Source: an uncultured Bacillota bacterium
GTDB taxonomy: Bacteria > Bacillota > Dethiobacteria > DTU022 > UBA8154
Reading direction: 5' to 3'
Length of the DNA stretch: 64,000 nt
Assembly (NCBI GenBank): GCA_937973635.1
Contig: CALJJZ010000035.1
Location: forward strand, 10,812 to 74,811
The notes under the pieces were generated by a model. It was not told the DNA's origin, ran no database searches, and saw nothing but the letters and a program-made list of their open reading frames with translations. Positions 27,718-37,772 of this stretch are shown here, one piece after another. The position numbers and the translations under genes were made by a program. Every line of letters begins with the position of its first letter. Position 1 is the stretch's first letter.

Positions 27718-28965
27718 ATGGAGCAGGTGATAAGCCTGCCGGAGCAAAACAGGCCCTTTAAAGCAGCATTTTTCCTGCAACAGGGGCGGGCTACAGCCAT
27801 AAGGCCGCTCCCGCCGGCAAGGAGCGGAGAAAAAAGCCGGGAAAATCTCCTGCCGGGACCAGGGTGGCGTTACCTCCCTTGCCCCGACGATCAGCTGCTG
27901 GTTCCGGCCTTTGTGGATTGCCACCTCCATCTTGCCCTGGACGGGATAGAGGGTTTCCGCAGTTTTACCGCCCCCCCGACGTCCTCTGCCCTTTTCGCCC
28001 GCCTGCGTGCCCTGGCTGCAGCCGGGGTGCTGGCGCTGCGTGACGGAGGCGACCTTTACGGCAGCGCCCTCACCGCCCGGCGGCTGCTGGCGGAAGCAGA
28101 CGCAGGGCCGGTGCAGCAGGCAGCTCTGCTGCCCCGCATCATCGCCACAGGTCCCGCCCTTTTCCGGCGCGGCCATTATGGCGCTAAGCTGGGAGGCAAA
28201 GGTCTTGACGGGCTGGCGGAGCTGGAAAAGGAGATCAGGGAGCGCAAGGAGGCGGGGGCAATGCAGTTAAAGGTGATCCTCTCCGGCCTGGTAAGCCTGC
28301 AGGAACCGGGAAAAGTCGGCTCCCTGCAGTTCAGCCTCTCCGAGCTGCAGGAGATTGTCCGGCTGGCCTCCTTTTATGGACTGCCCGTGATGGCCCACGC
28401 CAGCTCCGATGCCGCCGTGCGCCTGGCCGCCCTGGCAGGCGTGGGCAGTGTAGAACATGGTTATTTCGTCCGGGAAGAAACGCTGCAGCTGCTGGCGGAG
28501 AAGGGGGTGGCCTGGGTGCCCACCCTGGCCCCCCTGGCGGTCCTGGCCGGGATAACCGGCCCGGCGGAAGCAGAGGAGGGGCCAAAACCGGATAAACAAG
28601 GAACTCCTGCCCGGGAAGCTGCTCCTGCTCCTTTCCTGGCTACTCTCCTGGAGGAGCACCTCAGGATGATCGGCAGAGCCTCGGAACTGGGGGTGAAGAT
28701 AGCCGTAGGGACAGATAGCGGCGCACCGGGCGTGGGCTTTGGCCGCGGTTACTGGACAGAGCTGGCGCTGCTGGCCCGTGCCGGCTTTAGTCCCTCCGGG
28801 CTTTTAGAGCTCGCCGCTGTAAACGGAGCCGCAGTCCTGGGTCTGGAAGAAGAACGGGGGCTTATTGCCCCGGGTAAGCCTCCCTGCTGGCTCTGCCTGG
28901 ACAGGAGCTTCCTCGACGGCAAAATCGCCCCGCAGACGCTAAAGGGTATTATTGGCGTAACGTAG
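27718..28965 (+). CDS. Amidohydrolase-family metal-dependent hydrolase
   Basis: Probable start MEQVIS at 27718 (GGAGGG RBS). HxH metal motif in VDCHLHL; amidohydrolase fold. Confidence 0.6.
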   Translation: MEQVISLPEQNRPFKAAFFLQQGRATAIRPLPPARSGEKSRENLLPGPGWRYLPCPDDQLLVPAFVDCHLHLALDGIEGFRSFTAPPTSSALFARLRALAAAGVLALRDGGDLYGSALTARRLLAEADAGPVQQAALLPRIIATGPALFRRGHYGAKLGGKGLDGLAELEKEIRERKEAGAMQLKVILSGLVSLQEPGKVGSLQFSLSELQEIVRLASFYGLPVMAHASSDAAVRLAALAGVGSVEHGYFVREETLQLLAEKGVAWVPTLAPLAVLAGITGPAEAEEGPKPDKQGTPAREAAPAPFLATLLEEHLRMIGRASELGVKIAVGTDSGAPGVGFGRGYWTELALLARAGFSPSGLLELAAVNGAAVLGLEEERGLIAPGKPPCWLCLDRSFLDGKIAPQTLKGIIGVT

Positions 28966-30364
28966 GGAAGGGCGGCGCCGCGTCCGCATACTTTTCCTCC
29001 AGGGGAATACCCAGGAAGAGACGCCCCACCTGCCAGATATCGCCGGCGCCCATGGTAATCACCAGGTCGCCGGGGCGGGCAAAGTGCTCCAGGGCCGTCA
29101 GAAGCTGTTCTCTGCCGGCAAGGAAATGGGCGCCTCCGTGGCCCTGCCCCTGCAATAGGCGGACGAGCCTCTCTGAGGAGATGCCCGGCAGGGGGTCCTC
29201 CCCCGCAGCATAGATCTCGTCCAGAAGAAGGACCTCTGCATGGTGAAAAGCCCCGAGGAACTCCGACCAGAGAAAATGGGTACGGGTATAGCGATGGGGC
29301 TGAAAAACGCAGATAATGCGCCGGCCGCTCTGCCGCGCCGCTTCCAGCGTAGCCCTGATTTCCGTGGGATGGTGGGCGTAATCGTCTACCACCATGATGC
29401 CATTCCTTTCCCCCACCAGCTCAAAGCGGCGCTTTACCCCTCTAAAAGAACGGAGGGCTTCTTGCATCGCCCGGGGTTCAACCCCGCACACCGAAGCAGC
29501 TGCTATGGCCCCCAGGGCATTGAGCACATTATGCCGCCCCGGCACCTGCAGGCTAAATTCCCCCAGCTCCCGGCCGGCCCCGTAAACGCGAAAACGGGAA
29601 CCAAGGCCCTCCAGGGCCAAGTCGGCGGCACGGAAAGCGGCAGCGTCGTCAAAACCATATGTAACCACCACGGGGCACAGCAGAGGGCGCAAGCGCCGGA
29701 GCTCAGGGTCGTCGGCACAGATTACCGCCGTCCCCCCTTCTTTAACGCTGTTGATAAAATCCAGGTAAGCCGTCACCAGGCGGCAAAAATTGCCTTCGTA
29801 GTGTTCCAAGTGGTCGGCTTCGATATTGGTAACCAGGGCCAATTCAGGACGATAGCGCCTGAAGGAATGGTCGCTCTCACAGGCTTCGGCCACCACGTGC
29901 CGCCCTTGCCCCAGGCGTGCGTTGCCCCCGAAAAAAGAAACCTCACCGCCAATAATTGCCGTGGGATCCAGACCTCCCCCGGCCAGGAGCAGGGCAGTCA
30001 TGGCTGTCGTGGTGGTCTTGCCGTGGGCGCCGGCCACAGCCACCCCCTTTTTCTCATTAAAGACGGCGGCCAGCAGCTCGGAACGGTGCCAGAGGGGCAA
30101 ACCCCGCTCCTTTGCCGCCAGCAGCTCCGGATTATCGGCGGGAATGGCTGTGGAATAGACTACGAGCTGCGCCTCCCCCAGCTGCTCCGCCCGATGTCCC
30201 TGATAGATCCTGGCGCCGCTTTTTTGCAGCAAACGTGTAAGGCTGCAATCCCTGAGGTCCGAGCCGCTTACTTCATAGCCGCCCTGCAGGAGGATAAAAG
30301 CCAGGGCACTCATGCCATAGCCGCCAATCCCAATAAAATGGACTTTCTTCATAGCTGACAGCAT
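28949..30364 (-). CDS. murC: UDP-N-acetylmuramate--L-alanine ligase
   Basis: MLSAMKKVHFIGIGGYGMSALA N-terminus and Mur ligase domains. Start at 30364 with a GGAGT RBS. Confidence 0.85.
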   Translation of the reverse strand: MLSAMKKVHFIGIGGYGMSALAFILLQGGYEVSGSDLRDCSLTRLLQKSGARIYQGHRAEQLGEAQLVVYSTAIPADNPELLAAKERGLPLWHRSELLAAVFNEKKGVAVAGAHGKTTTTAMTALLLAGGGLDPTAIIGGEVSFFGGNARLGQGRHVVAEACESDHSFRRYRPELALVTNIEADHLEHYEGNFCRLVTAYLDFINSVKEGGTAVICADDPELRRLRPLLCPVVVTYGFDDAAAFRAADLALEGLGSRFRVYGAGRELGEFSLQVPGRHNVLNALGAIAAASVCGVEPRAMQEALRSFRGVKRRFELVGERNGIMVVDDYAHHPTEIRATLEAARQSGRRIICVFQPHRYTRTHFLWSEFLGAFHHAEVLLLDEIYAAGEDPLPGISSERLVRLLQGQGHGGAHFLAGREQLLTALEHFARPGDLVITMGAGDIWQVGRLFLGIPLEEKYADAAPPFPTLRQ

Positions 30365-30602
30365 CGTCAAAACTCCTTCTCTCCGTGCGTTACTTTGGAC
30401 CGGCTGCCCCGCTGTCAAATTTTCCCGCAGGCCAGACATTATACCATAATACCATATTCAACCCTCAAGGGGGAGGTGCGCAGCGGCAAAGAGCCTACCC
30501 ACAGGAAAAACCTGCCACCAAAAGTTTATGTCAACAAAATTTATGGTTCTAAGTTACCCCTATACAACATATATTTTAAAGTTAGACAAGTTTCCCACAG
30601 AG

Positions 30603-30676
30603 TAATCCACAGTATCCACAGAGTTATCCACAAGATAAAGGTAAGTAAGATCCTGCTTCCGGCAATAATATCCACA
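30603..30676 (+). promoter_or_regulatory. Cluster of four tandem, same-orientation DnaA-box-like 9-mers (TAATCCACA 30603, GTATCCACA 30612, TTATCCACA 30624, ATATCCACA 30668), plus weaker boxes at 30495 and 30591
   Basis: Seen directly. The consensus is TTATCCACA. The boxes sit in the 352-bp AT-rich intergenic region between tsaD (end 30717) and murC (start 30364). Confidence 0.5.
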
Positions 30677-30716
30677 AGGCCCGTTTCAGGTTACATAAAA
30701 CAGTAACCAGGTACCT

Positions 30717-31748
30717 TTATAACTGAAGACCCTCAAACCCCAGGGTAGAAACGGCATTAAGATCAGGGGTGGCAAGGCGTCCCCGGCGCAGGGCATAGTA
30801 TCCCGCCGCTCCGATCATGGCGCCATTGTCCGTGCACAGCCGGGGCGGAGGCGAGATTAGTTCAACCCCTGCTTCCGCCAGGCGGCGGCGCATACGGCTG
30901 CGCAGCTCGCCGTTAGCGGCCACACCGCCGGAAAGCAGCAGCTGCCGTACAGGATATTTTTGCAGCGCCAGAAATGCTTTCTCCACCAGCACCTCCACCA
31001 CCGCCTCCTGGAAAGCGGCAGCCAGATCCTCCAGCTGCAGGGAGGCACCTTTTTCCTTTTCCCTGCGGATAAAGTTCAACACTGCCGTTTTGAGCCCGCT
31101 GAAACTAAAATCCAGTTTGCCCTCCTCGCCCATGAGGGCCCGGGGAAAGGTGATCAGGGACGGATCTCCCTGCTGGGCTAGTTTTTCTAGAATCGGCCCC
31201 CCGGGAAAACCGAGGGAAAGGGCCCGGGCCACTTTGTCAAAGACCTCGCCGGCCGCATCGTCCCGCGTGCGGCCAAGGACCGTAATCTCCCCGTGATCCT
31301 GCATGTAAAGCAAAGAAGTATGCCCCCCTGAAACGATGAGGCAGAGCACGGGGAAAACAATAACGGCCCCTGTCAGAAAATTGGCATAGATATGCCCTTC
31401 CAGGTGGTTTACGGCAACCAGAGGCAGATCCAGGGCATAGGCGAGGGCTTTGGCCGTGGCAATACCTACCAGCAAAGAACCTACCAAGCCCGGCCCCTGT
31501 GTTACGGCTATGCCCTCCAGGTCGCCAAAGGTTACGCCTGCCTTGGCCAGGGCTTCGTCAATGACCGGGTTGATCATCTCCAAGTGACGGCGCGAAGCAA
31601 TTTCGGGGACAATGCCGCCAAAGCGCCGGTGCAGGTCGTCCTGGGAAGAGATGATATTGCTCAGCAGCTGGCGCCCGTTGAGCACCACCGCTGCCGCCGT
31701 ATCGTCACAGCTGCTTTCCAGCCCGAGAATCAAAGTGCGTTGGGGCAT
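30717..31748 (-). CDS. tsaD: tRNA N6-adenosine threonylcarbamoyltransferase
   Basis: Kae1/Gcp family, 343 aa, with the His pair in NHLEGHIY. Confidence 0.85.
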   Translation of the reverse strand: MPQRTLILGLESSCDDTAAAVVLNGRQLLSNIISSQDDLHRRFGGIVPEIASRRHLEMINPVIDEALAKAGVTFGDLEGIAVTQGPGLVGSLLVGIATAKALAYALDLPLVAVNHLEGHIYANFLTGAVIVFPVLCLIVSGGHTSLLYMQDHGEITVLGRTRDDAAGEVFDKVARALSLGFPGGPILEKLAQQGDPSLITFPRALMGEEGKLDFSFSGLKTAVLNFIRREKEKGASLQLEDLAAAFQEAVVEVLVEKAFLALQKYPVRQLLLSGGVAANGELRSRMRRRLAEAGVELISPPPRLCTDNGAMIGAAGYYALRRGRLATPDLNAVSTLGFEGLQL

Positions 31749-31799
31749 GGCAGGGAAGACCTCCTTTGCTTTATGGGTTGCACCGAGCCACAGAGGGAG

Positions 31800-32276
31800 C
31801 TAGCGCCAGGAAAAGCTCGTGGCGCTGCAATGCCGCGCCATCACCACTGCATCTTCATCAAGATAATATTTTTTCCTGATGCCTTTTATTTTAAAACCAA
31901 ATTTCTCGTAAAGCCTGCGGGCCGCTTCATTGGAGTCCCGCACTTCCAGGAAGATCTGCCGCGCCCCCCGTCCATAAGCCTGCTTTATCAAAGAAGCAAG
32001 GAGGGCGCTCCCTGTCCCATTACGGCGGAAGAGGGGATGGACCGCCAGTGTGGTTACATGGGCCTCGTCAAAAATGACCCAGCATCCGGCATAGCCTATT
32101 ACCCGGCCTTCCTCTCTGCTGCAGGCCACAAGGTAACAGGCATAATTGTTTTCCACTAATTCTTTTTCAAAAGAGCTGCGGGACCAGGGCAGGGGAAAAG
32201 ACGCCCTTTCTATTTCCATCACCTGATCCAGGTCGTCGCCGCTCATGGCCGTGATGCTAATCCCGGGGAAAAGCAC
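31800..32276 (-). CDS. rimI: Ribosomal-protein-alanine N-acetyltransferase (GNAT)
   Basis: GNAT fold with RRNGTGSALL; it sits in the conserved tsaE-tsaB-rimI-tsaD arrangement. The start may be the internal MSGDDLD. Confidence 0.75.
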   Translation of the reverse strand: MLFPGISITAMSGDDLDQVMEIERASFPLPWSRSSFEKELVENNYACYLVACSREEGRVIGYAGCWVIFDEAHVTTLAVHPLFRRNGTGSALLASLIKQAYGRGARQIFLEVRDSNEAARRLYEKFGFKIKGIRKKYYLDEDAVVMARHCSATSFSWR

Positions 32277-33002
32277 TTAAAAATCGGCTCCTTTCTGCCG
32301 CGCCAGGAGGCGTCGCTCTGCCTCCGGGAGGCGGAGATAGACGGGTTCCAGGGCATAAAGGGGAACCGGCCCCTTTTCCCGCCAGTTGATAAACCCCTGC
32401 TGCAGCACCAGGGAAGCGCGGTTGAGGGAGAGAAAAGGAGACACCTCCTGGTACAGCTCGCCCAGGACGGGCCAGAGAACCCTGCGGCAAAGGGGGAGAT
32501 TGTCCCCGAGGAAAAGAACTTTTTCCCCCCAGGCCAGAAGCGTTTCCCCCAGCTCCTTCAGCGAGACAGCCCGGGGCGGGAGCAGCTCTTCCAGGACAGG
32601 GCCGCCGCCGCGATAGACAGCCGTATAAACCTGTTCCCGGCGCGCGTCCAGCAGGGGGCAGATCAGCGTGGGAGCAAAAACACAGGCCCCTGCCAGGGCC
32701 TGCAGGGTATTGACACCAACAAGGGGGAGCTCCAGGGCCTGGGCCAGGCCCCGTGCCGTGGCCAGGCCGATGCGTATGCCTGTAAAGGAACCAGGACCGA
32801 CGGCCACAAAGATCCCCTCCAGCTGATCTCGCCTGGTATTGCTGTCCTCCATTAAAGAGATAATCAGGGGCATAAGGCGCTGGGAGTGGGTCTTTTTTAT
32901 GTTCAGCAGGTACTCGCCCAGGAGCCGCTCTTCATCGCCCAGGGCCACGCTGCAAACTGCCGTCGTTGTGTCCAGGGCTAAGCAGAGCATCGGCTGTACC
33001 AC
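32277..33002 (-). CDS. tsaB: tRNA threonylcarbamoyladenosine biosynthesis protein TsaB
   Basis: YeaZ-like inactive Kae1 homologue, 241 aa. Confidence 0.8.
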   Translation of the reverse strand: MVQPMLCLALDTTTAVCSVALGDEERLLGEYLLNIKKTHSQRLMPLIISLMEDSNTRRDQLEGIFVAVGPGSFTGIRIGLATARGLAQALELPLVGVNTLQALAGACVFAPTLICPLLDARREQVYTAVYRGGGPVLEELLPPRAVSLKELGETLLAWGEKVLFLGDNLPLCRRVLWPVLGELYQEVSPFLSLNRASLVLQQGFINWREKGPVPLYALEPVYLRLPEAERRLLARQKGADF

Positions 33003-33472
33003 TCCTTTAACAGGCTCCCGTTTGCCCCGCCCTTACAATCCACATGCAAAAGTCGCGTCTCCTCGCTTCCCCCTTCATCCCGGGTAATGGTAATCTCCAG
33101 CCTGTCCGGGGGCAGTATCCCGGCAAATTTCTCGGCCCACTCCACCAGCACAACCCCCTCGTCTTCAAAATACTCCTCCAGGTCCAGGGAATCCAGCTCG
33201 CTGTTTTGTTCCAGGCGATAAAAGTCAAAATGGTAAAGGGTGAGCCGGCCCTGGTAAACGTTCATCAGCACAAAAGAAGGGCTGGTAACCGTCTCTCCGA
33301 TACCAAGCCCCCGGGCTACGCCCTGGGCAAAAACCGTCTTGCCTGCTCCCAGGTCGCCGTTAAGGGCAATCACCGTCCCGGCAGGAACCAGCTCCCCGAG
33401 GCGCCGTCCCATTTCCCGCGTCCTGGCGCTGCTCTCGCTTTTCAAGGTGTACAAATGCTCACGCCCCGTCAT
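32978..33472 (-). CDS. tsaE: tRNA threonylcarbamoyladenosine biosynthesis ATPase TsaE
   Basis: Walker A GDLGAGKT; start MTGREH at 33472. Confidence 0.8.
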   Translation of the reverse strand: MTGREHLYTLKSESSARTREMGRRLGELVPAGTVIALNGDLGAGKTVFAQGVARGLGIGETVTSPSFVLMNVYQGRLTLYHFDFYRLEQNSELDSLDLEEYFEDEGVVLVEWAEKFAGILPPDRLEITITRDEGGSEETRLLHVDCKGGANGSLLKEWYSRCSA

Positions 33473-33650
33473 AAAGATACCGCTGCCGGAAGCGGCAGAA
33501 GCCGTCTGCTTTCCGCCCGCTTCCCAAATTAGATTATAACTTTTGATGCATATACACGGCAATACAAATATTTTGCAAATAAGTTATAATAATTATGAGC
33601 ACGCTAGAAGCATGACGGTTAAGCTAAAAAGATGCCAAGGAGGCGAAATA

Positions 33651-34559
33651 ATGAGGGCAAAACAGCTCAAGGGGTTTCCTGTAATTGACCTCGGGCAGGG
33701 AGTTATGCTCGGGCGCGTCCAGGATCTGGCTGTGGACCCGGCCGCAAAAAAGGTAACGGCCCTGGTAATAGGGGAAAAAGGCCTCTTAAAGGGAAGAGGC
33801 AGGCTCATCTCTTTTGCGCAGGTGCACAGCATCGGTAAAGATGCAATTACAGTCGGCGGCGGAACGGAGGAAAACGGGACAGAAGAAGCGGCAACAAAAC
33901 AGTTGCGGCCTTATTCTTTCTTGGGGAAAAGCGTGATCAGCAGCAGCGGCAATTATATTGCCAGGGTTTACGATTATGCCTTCTCCACCGCCACCGGCGC
34001 TCTGGAGGCCCTGCTTTTGCACGATTTTAAAGAAGGGGAGAAAAAAAACCGGGAGTTCTCCTTGCAGATGGAAGGAGTATACAGCCTGGGGCAGGATTAC
34101 GTCATCGCTGGCGCAGATTACGACGCCTACCTGCACGAGGCCTCCGCAGAGGAAAAAGAAGGGGCAGAAGCAGAAGAAGAGAAGGAAAGAACGACAGAGA
34201 GAGAAACGACAGCCGGGGGAGAAGAAGACGGGGAAGAAAGGCCCGTCAAGCTGCAAAGCCGTATCGCCGAGCTCTGGGAGCGGGTGGAAAAGGAGGTAAG
34301 CCGTGAAGGCAGGGAGCTGGCCCTGGAAACACGGGAGCAGGTAAAAAAATACGTCCTGGGCAAAAAAGCCGGCTATACGGTCAAAAATAGCCGGGGCAAC
34401 TTTTTGGTACGCGGCGGTGAAGTAATTACGGCGGAAATACTTAAAGAAGCCGAGGCCGAAGAAAGGCTGGCTCCCCTCTTTTTCTCCGTCCTTTCCCAAG
34501 ACGTGGAAGAGAGCCTCAACCTCATCGGCGAGCGCATCGGCCGCATCTTTAAAGGATAA
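33651..34559 (+). CDS. PRC-barrel domain protein with an acidic central linker
   Basis: Start MRAKQLKGFPVIDL at 33651 after an AAGGAGG RBS. PRC-barrel-like N-terminal and C-terminal segments flank an E/K-rich linker. Confidence 0.5.
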   Translation: MRAKQLKGFPVIDLGQGVMLGRVQDLAVDPAAKKVTALVIGEKGLLKGRGRLISFAQVHSIGKDAITVGGGTEENGTEEAATKQLRPYSFLGKSVISSSGNYIARVYDYAFSTATGALEALLLHDFKEGEKKNREFSLQMEGVYSLGQDYVIAGADYDAYLHEASAEEKEGAEAEEEKERTTERETTAGGEEDGEERPVKLQSRIAELWERVEKEVSREGRELALETREQVKKYVLGKKAGYTVKNSRGNFLVRGGEVITAEILKEAEAEERLAPLFFSVLSQDVEESLNLIGERIGRIFKG

Positions 34560-34595
34560 CCCAGCAGAACGCGGCACGGCACAGGGGCGGCAGGC

Positions 34596-34633
34596 AAAAA
34601 GCGCCTGGAGGGCTCTAGCAGCCCTCCAGGCGC
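34596..34633 (-). terminator. Intrinsic terminator downstream of hisC (13-bp perfect stem GCGCCTGGAGGGC/GCCCTCCAGGCGC, U-run on the minus strand)
   Basis: The stem is at 34601-34633 and AAAAA at 34596-34600 reads as UUUUU on the minus strand. Confidence 0.6.
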
Positions 34634-34713
34634 TCCTTCCCCTGATCCGGCAGAGCCGCGTGCCTGGTCAGACCGGGGCAATAATAACCTGACCAAAAAC
34701 AGTTTGCTCTTTG

Positions 34714-35823
34714 CTATTCTTGCGGCCAGTTTTTCAAAGTATCTTCCAGCACACGGATAAAGCGCCGGTTTTCTTCTTCCGTACCAAAAGAGACACGTAT
34801 AAATTGAGGATAACCAAAGATGTCTCCCGTGCGCACGATTACGCCCTGCTGCAGCAGTTTCTGGAAAAGAGCCTTGGAGTCCACGCCTACTTCCACAAAA
34901 ATAAAATTGGCATGGGAGGGGACGAAGAAAAGGCCCAGGCGCTTAAATTCCTTGGCCAGGTACTCGCGGCCCCGCGTGTTCGCTTCCAGAACAGCCTGTT
35001 TATGCGCTTCATCCTCCAGCGCCGCCCGGGCGGCGACCTGGGCCACGGCGTTTACATTAAACGGTTCCCGCACCGTGTTGATCTCCCTGATGATCTCCTC
35101 ACCGGCCAGACCGTAGCCCACACGCAGCCCCGCCAGGCCGTAGATCTTGGAGAAGGTGCGCAGGATCAGCACATTATAGCCGTCCTTTAAAAATTCAATA
35201 CTGCGGGCATAGGCAGGGTCGGTCACATATTCGTAATAGGCCTCGTCCATCACCACCAGGATACGGGAGGGCACCTCTTTTAAAAACGCCGCCAGCTCGG
35301 CATGGGTGAGCATGGTACCCGTGGGGTTGTTAGGGTTGCAGATATAAATAATTTTAGTCCGCTCCGTAATCGCCGCCAGCATCCCCGGCAGGTCGTGCCC
35401 GAAATTTACAGCAGGGACGCGCACAGGCTGCGCCCCCATGAGGCGGGCGGCAAAATCGTACTCAGAAAAGCTGGGGTGGGCCATGATAATCTCGTCGCCG
35501 GGGTCCAGGTAAGTTGTCGCCGCCAGGATGATCAGCTCGTCGGCCCCATTGCCGCAGATGATGTTTTGCTCAGAGAGGCCAAGGTGCGCAGCCAGGGCCT
35601 GCTTGAGGTAATAGGCATTGCCGTCGGGGTAGAGGTTGATCTTGGGCAGAAAGTTCTGGATCGCCTCCAGCACCCGGGGCGAGGGCCCCAGGGGGTTTTC
35701 GTTGGAAGCCATCTTGATTACATCGGTAATGCCCAGCTCCCTTTCCACTTCCTCGATGGGTTTGCCCGGCGTATAAGGGATAATAGGCTCGAGGCAGGCC
35801 CGTTTTTTAAAATCCTTTGCCAT
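34714..35823 (-). CDS. hisC: Histidinol-phosphate aminotransferase
   Basis: Class II aminotransferase, 369 aa, with the PLP-lysine region in YNVLILRTFSKIYGLAGLRVGY. Confidence 0.85.
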   Translation of the reverse strand: MAKDFKKRACLEPIIPYTPGKPIEEVERELGITDVIKMASNENPLGPSPRVLEAIQNFLPKINLYPDGNAYYLKQALAAHLGLSEQNIICGNGADELIILAATTYLDPGDEIIMAHPSFSEYDFAARLMGAQPVRVPAVNFGHDLPGMLAAITERTKIIYICNPNNPTGTMLTHAELAAFLKEVPSRILVVMDEAYYEYVTDPAYARSIEFLKDGYNVLILRTFSKIYGLAGLRVGYGLAGEEIIREINTVREPFNVNAVAQVAARAALEDEAHKQAVLEANTRGREYLAKEFKRLGLFFVPSHANFIFVEVGVDSKALFQKLLQQGVIVRTGDIFGYPQFIRVSFGTEEENRRFIRVLEDTLKNWPQE

Positions 35824-35914
35824 TTTTTCACTTCCTTAAATTTAATAGAAAAACCCCAAAAAATTAAGAAGATGATACAAGTTTCTATATCCAGCCGGAG
35901 AAATCCTTCTAAGC

Positions 35915-36451
35915 TCAAGTGTTTAAATGTTTTGCCGCCAGCAATAATCCGGCAATAGTCTTGCCGTCGTCGATCTCCTGGGCCATGATCTTCGCCATGG
36001 CCTCATCCAAAGAGAGGCGGTGCACATCCAGAAATTCTCCTTCTTCTCCCGGCGACTCCCGGGGCTCCAGCTCTGTAGCCAGGTAGAGGTAGATCGCTTC
36101 GTCGCTGAAGCCGGGAGAAGAATAATAAAAGGCCATCTGCCGCATCTGCCGCGGATAGTAACCAATCTCCTCCACCAGCTCACGGCGCGCACACTCCAGG
36201 GGATCTTCCCCCGCTTCCAGCTTCCCCGCCGGGATCTCCAGCAAAACCCTTTCCAGCGGCTTACGGTACTGCCTTACCAGGTAAACCATATTCTGCTCAT
36301 CTACAGGGACAATGGCCACAGCGCCCACATGTTCCACAATCTCCCGCTCGCTTTCCCGCCCGTCGGGCAACTGCACTCTGTCCAGGCGTACTTTAATCAC
36401 CTTGCCCTCAAAAATCCTGCGGCTTTCCAGCGTTTTTTCTGTAAAATCCAC
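35915..36451 (-). CDS. Nudix hydrolase (ADP-ribose pyrophosphatase-like)
   Basis: Nudix box GKLEAGEDPLECARRELVEEIGY. Confidence 0.75.
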   Translation of the reverse strand: MDFTEKTLESRRIFEGKVIKVRLDRVQLPDGRESEREIVEHVGAVAIVPVDEQNMVYLVRQYRKPLERVLLEIPAGKLEAGEDPLECARRELVEEIGYYPRQMRQMAFYYSSPGFSDEAIYLYLATELEPRESPGEEGEFLDVHRLSLDEAMAKIMAQEIDDGKTIAGLLLAAKHLNT

Positions 36452-36665
36452 TGTGCCTAACCCCCTGTACCCCTCACTTGATCTAATAATTACCTGTTAT
36501 TATAGCACGAAAGGGCGGCGCCAGGCCATCACCCTCCGGAGCAAAAAATAAACATGGAAGCAGGAGCGGCGCCCGGATTTGGCGAAATATTATGCAGTAT
36601 ATCCGCGAGCACCAAATTAAAAGCTTTACATCAAGCGCGGGGTAAAACCAAAGCGGGGGGCAGCC

Positions 36666-37772
36666 ATGAAAAAAACCTTTGTCATCAATACGGATCAACT
36701 GGTGCCGGGGATGGTCCTTGCAGAGGACCTGCTCCAGGAGAAGACGGGGGCTGTCTTGCTCAAAGAAGGCACAGTAATCAATGAGAGCCACCTGGAGCAC
36801 ATCGCCCTGCTGCAAAAACAGTGCGTCATCTACAACCCTTCCTGGGCACCACCCGCTGCCGAAACAGAAGGGGCGGCTCCGCAAGCGGAAGCAATAACCC
36901 CTCTGCCCCCTTACATCAACCCCGCCGCCCAGAAAATCTACCTGGAAGCCTTTGAAACGGTGAAAAAAGTATTCAGCAGCAAGGAGATGACAGAAAAGGA
37001 CCTGCAGGAGGTCAAAAACATCTCGGAAAACCTTGCCCGGGAGATTACCAGGGATCCCCAGGTCTTGCTCCAGATCGCCGTATTAAAGGCGGTGCATGCC
37101 TATACCTTCTCCCACTCCCTCCACGTCGCCATCTACGCCACCGTCCTGGCCCGCCACCTGGGCCACAGCCAGGCGGCGCTAAAAGACATCTGCCTGGCGG
37201 GGCTCCTGCATGACCTGGGCAAACTGGACGTACCGGAGGAGATCGTGAACAAGCCGGGACCCTTAACAACGGAAGAATTTGAGGTAATGAAAAAACATGT
37301 CATTTACAGTTATGAAAGGCTCGCCAGGATGAAAAACCTGAGCAGTGACATCCTTATGGCCATAAGCCAGCACCATGAGAAAATAAACGGCACCGGCTAC
37401 TACCAGGGCCTAAGGGGAGAGCAGATCCACCCCTGGGGCAAAATCCTGGCCACAGCCGACGTGTACGATGCCGTGACCACGGATCGCGTCTACAGAAGCG
37501 CCCTGCTCCCCCACGAAGGGGCGGAAGTGATTATGGGTTCCACCCTCGACCACCTGGATTACCTCCATGTACAGACATTCTCCCGGAAAATACCCTTTTA
37601 CCCCGTAGGGACCAGCGTCACCCTGAATACAGGAGAAACAGGCAGAGTAATCGGTTATTACCCCCTGGCCCCGCTCAGGCCCATCGTGGAGGTGGAGACG
37701 GCAACGGGCAAGAAGACCGTTGATTTAACCAGTAACCTGACGGTCCATATCACCCGCCTGTGGGTTTCCTAG
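36666..37772 (+). CDS. HD-GYP domain c-di-GMP phosphodiesterase-like protein
   Basis: HD motif LLHDLGK and ISQHHEKINGTGYYQGL (a GYP-type motif), plus an uncharacterised N-terminal region. Confidence 0.7.
   Translation: MKKTFVINTDQLVPGMVLAEDLLQEKTGAVLLKEGTVINESHLEHIALLQKQCVIYNPSWAPPAAETEGAAPQAEAITPLPPYINPAAQKIYLEAFETVKKVFSSKEMTEKDLQEVKNISENLAREITRDPQVLLQIAVLKAVHAYTFSHSLHVAIYATVLARHLGHSQAALKDICLAGLLHDLGKLDVPEEIVNKPGPLTTEEFEVMKKHVIYSYERLARMKNLSSDILMAISQHHEKINGTGYYQGLRGEQIHPWGKILATADVYDAVTTDRVYRSALLPHEGAEVIMGSTLDHLDYLHVQTFSRKIPFYPVGTSVTLNTGETGRVIGYYPLAPLRPIVEVETATGKKTVDLTSNLTVHITRLWVS

Noticed and set aside
30495-30676. Possibility that the DnaA-box cluster is the chromosomal oriC
   Set aside because: It is flanked by murC and tsaD, not dnaA/dnaN, and I cannot compute GC skew here. 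I report it only as a DnaA-box cluster.
30395-30706. 103-aa plus-strand ORF spanning the murC-tsaD intergenic region
   Set aside because: Its sequence (…HRVIHSIHRVIHKIKV…) is just the translation of the tandem DnaA boxes and the AT-rich tract. It has no RBS and no domain. I treat it as non-coding regulatory DNA.
36452-36665. Riboswitch (for example c-di-GMP GEMM) upstream of the HD-GYP gene
   Set aside because: Only short GC-rich direct repeats (GCGGCGCC twice) were seen. There is no recognisable GEMM or other riboswitch consensus.
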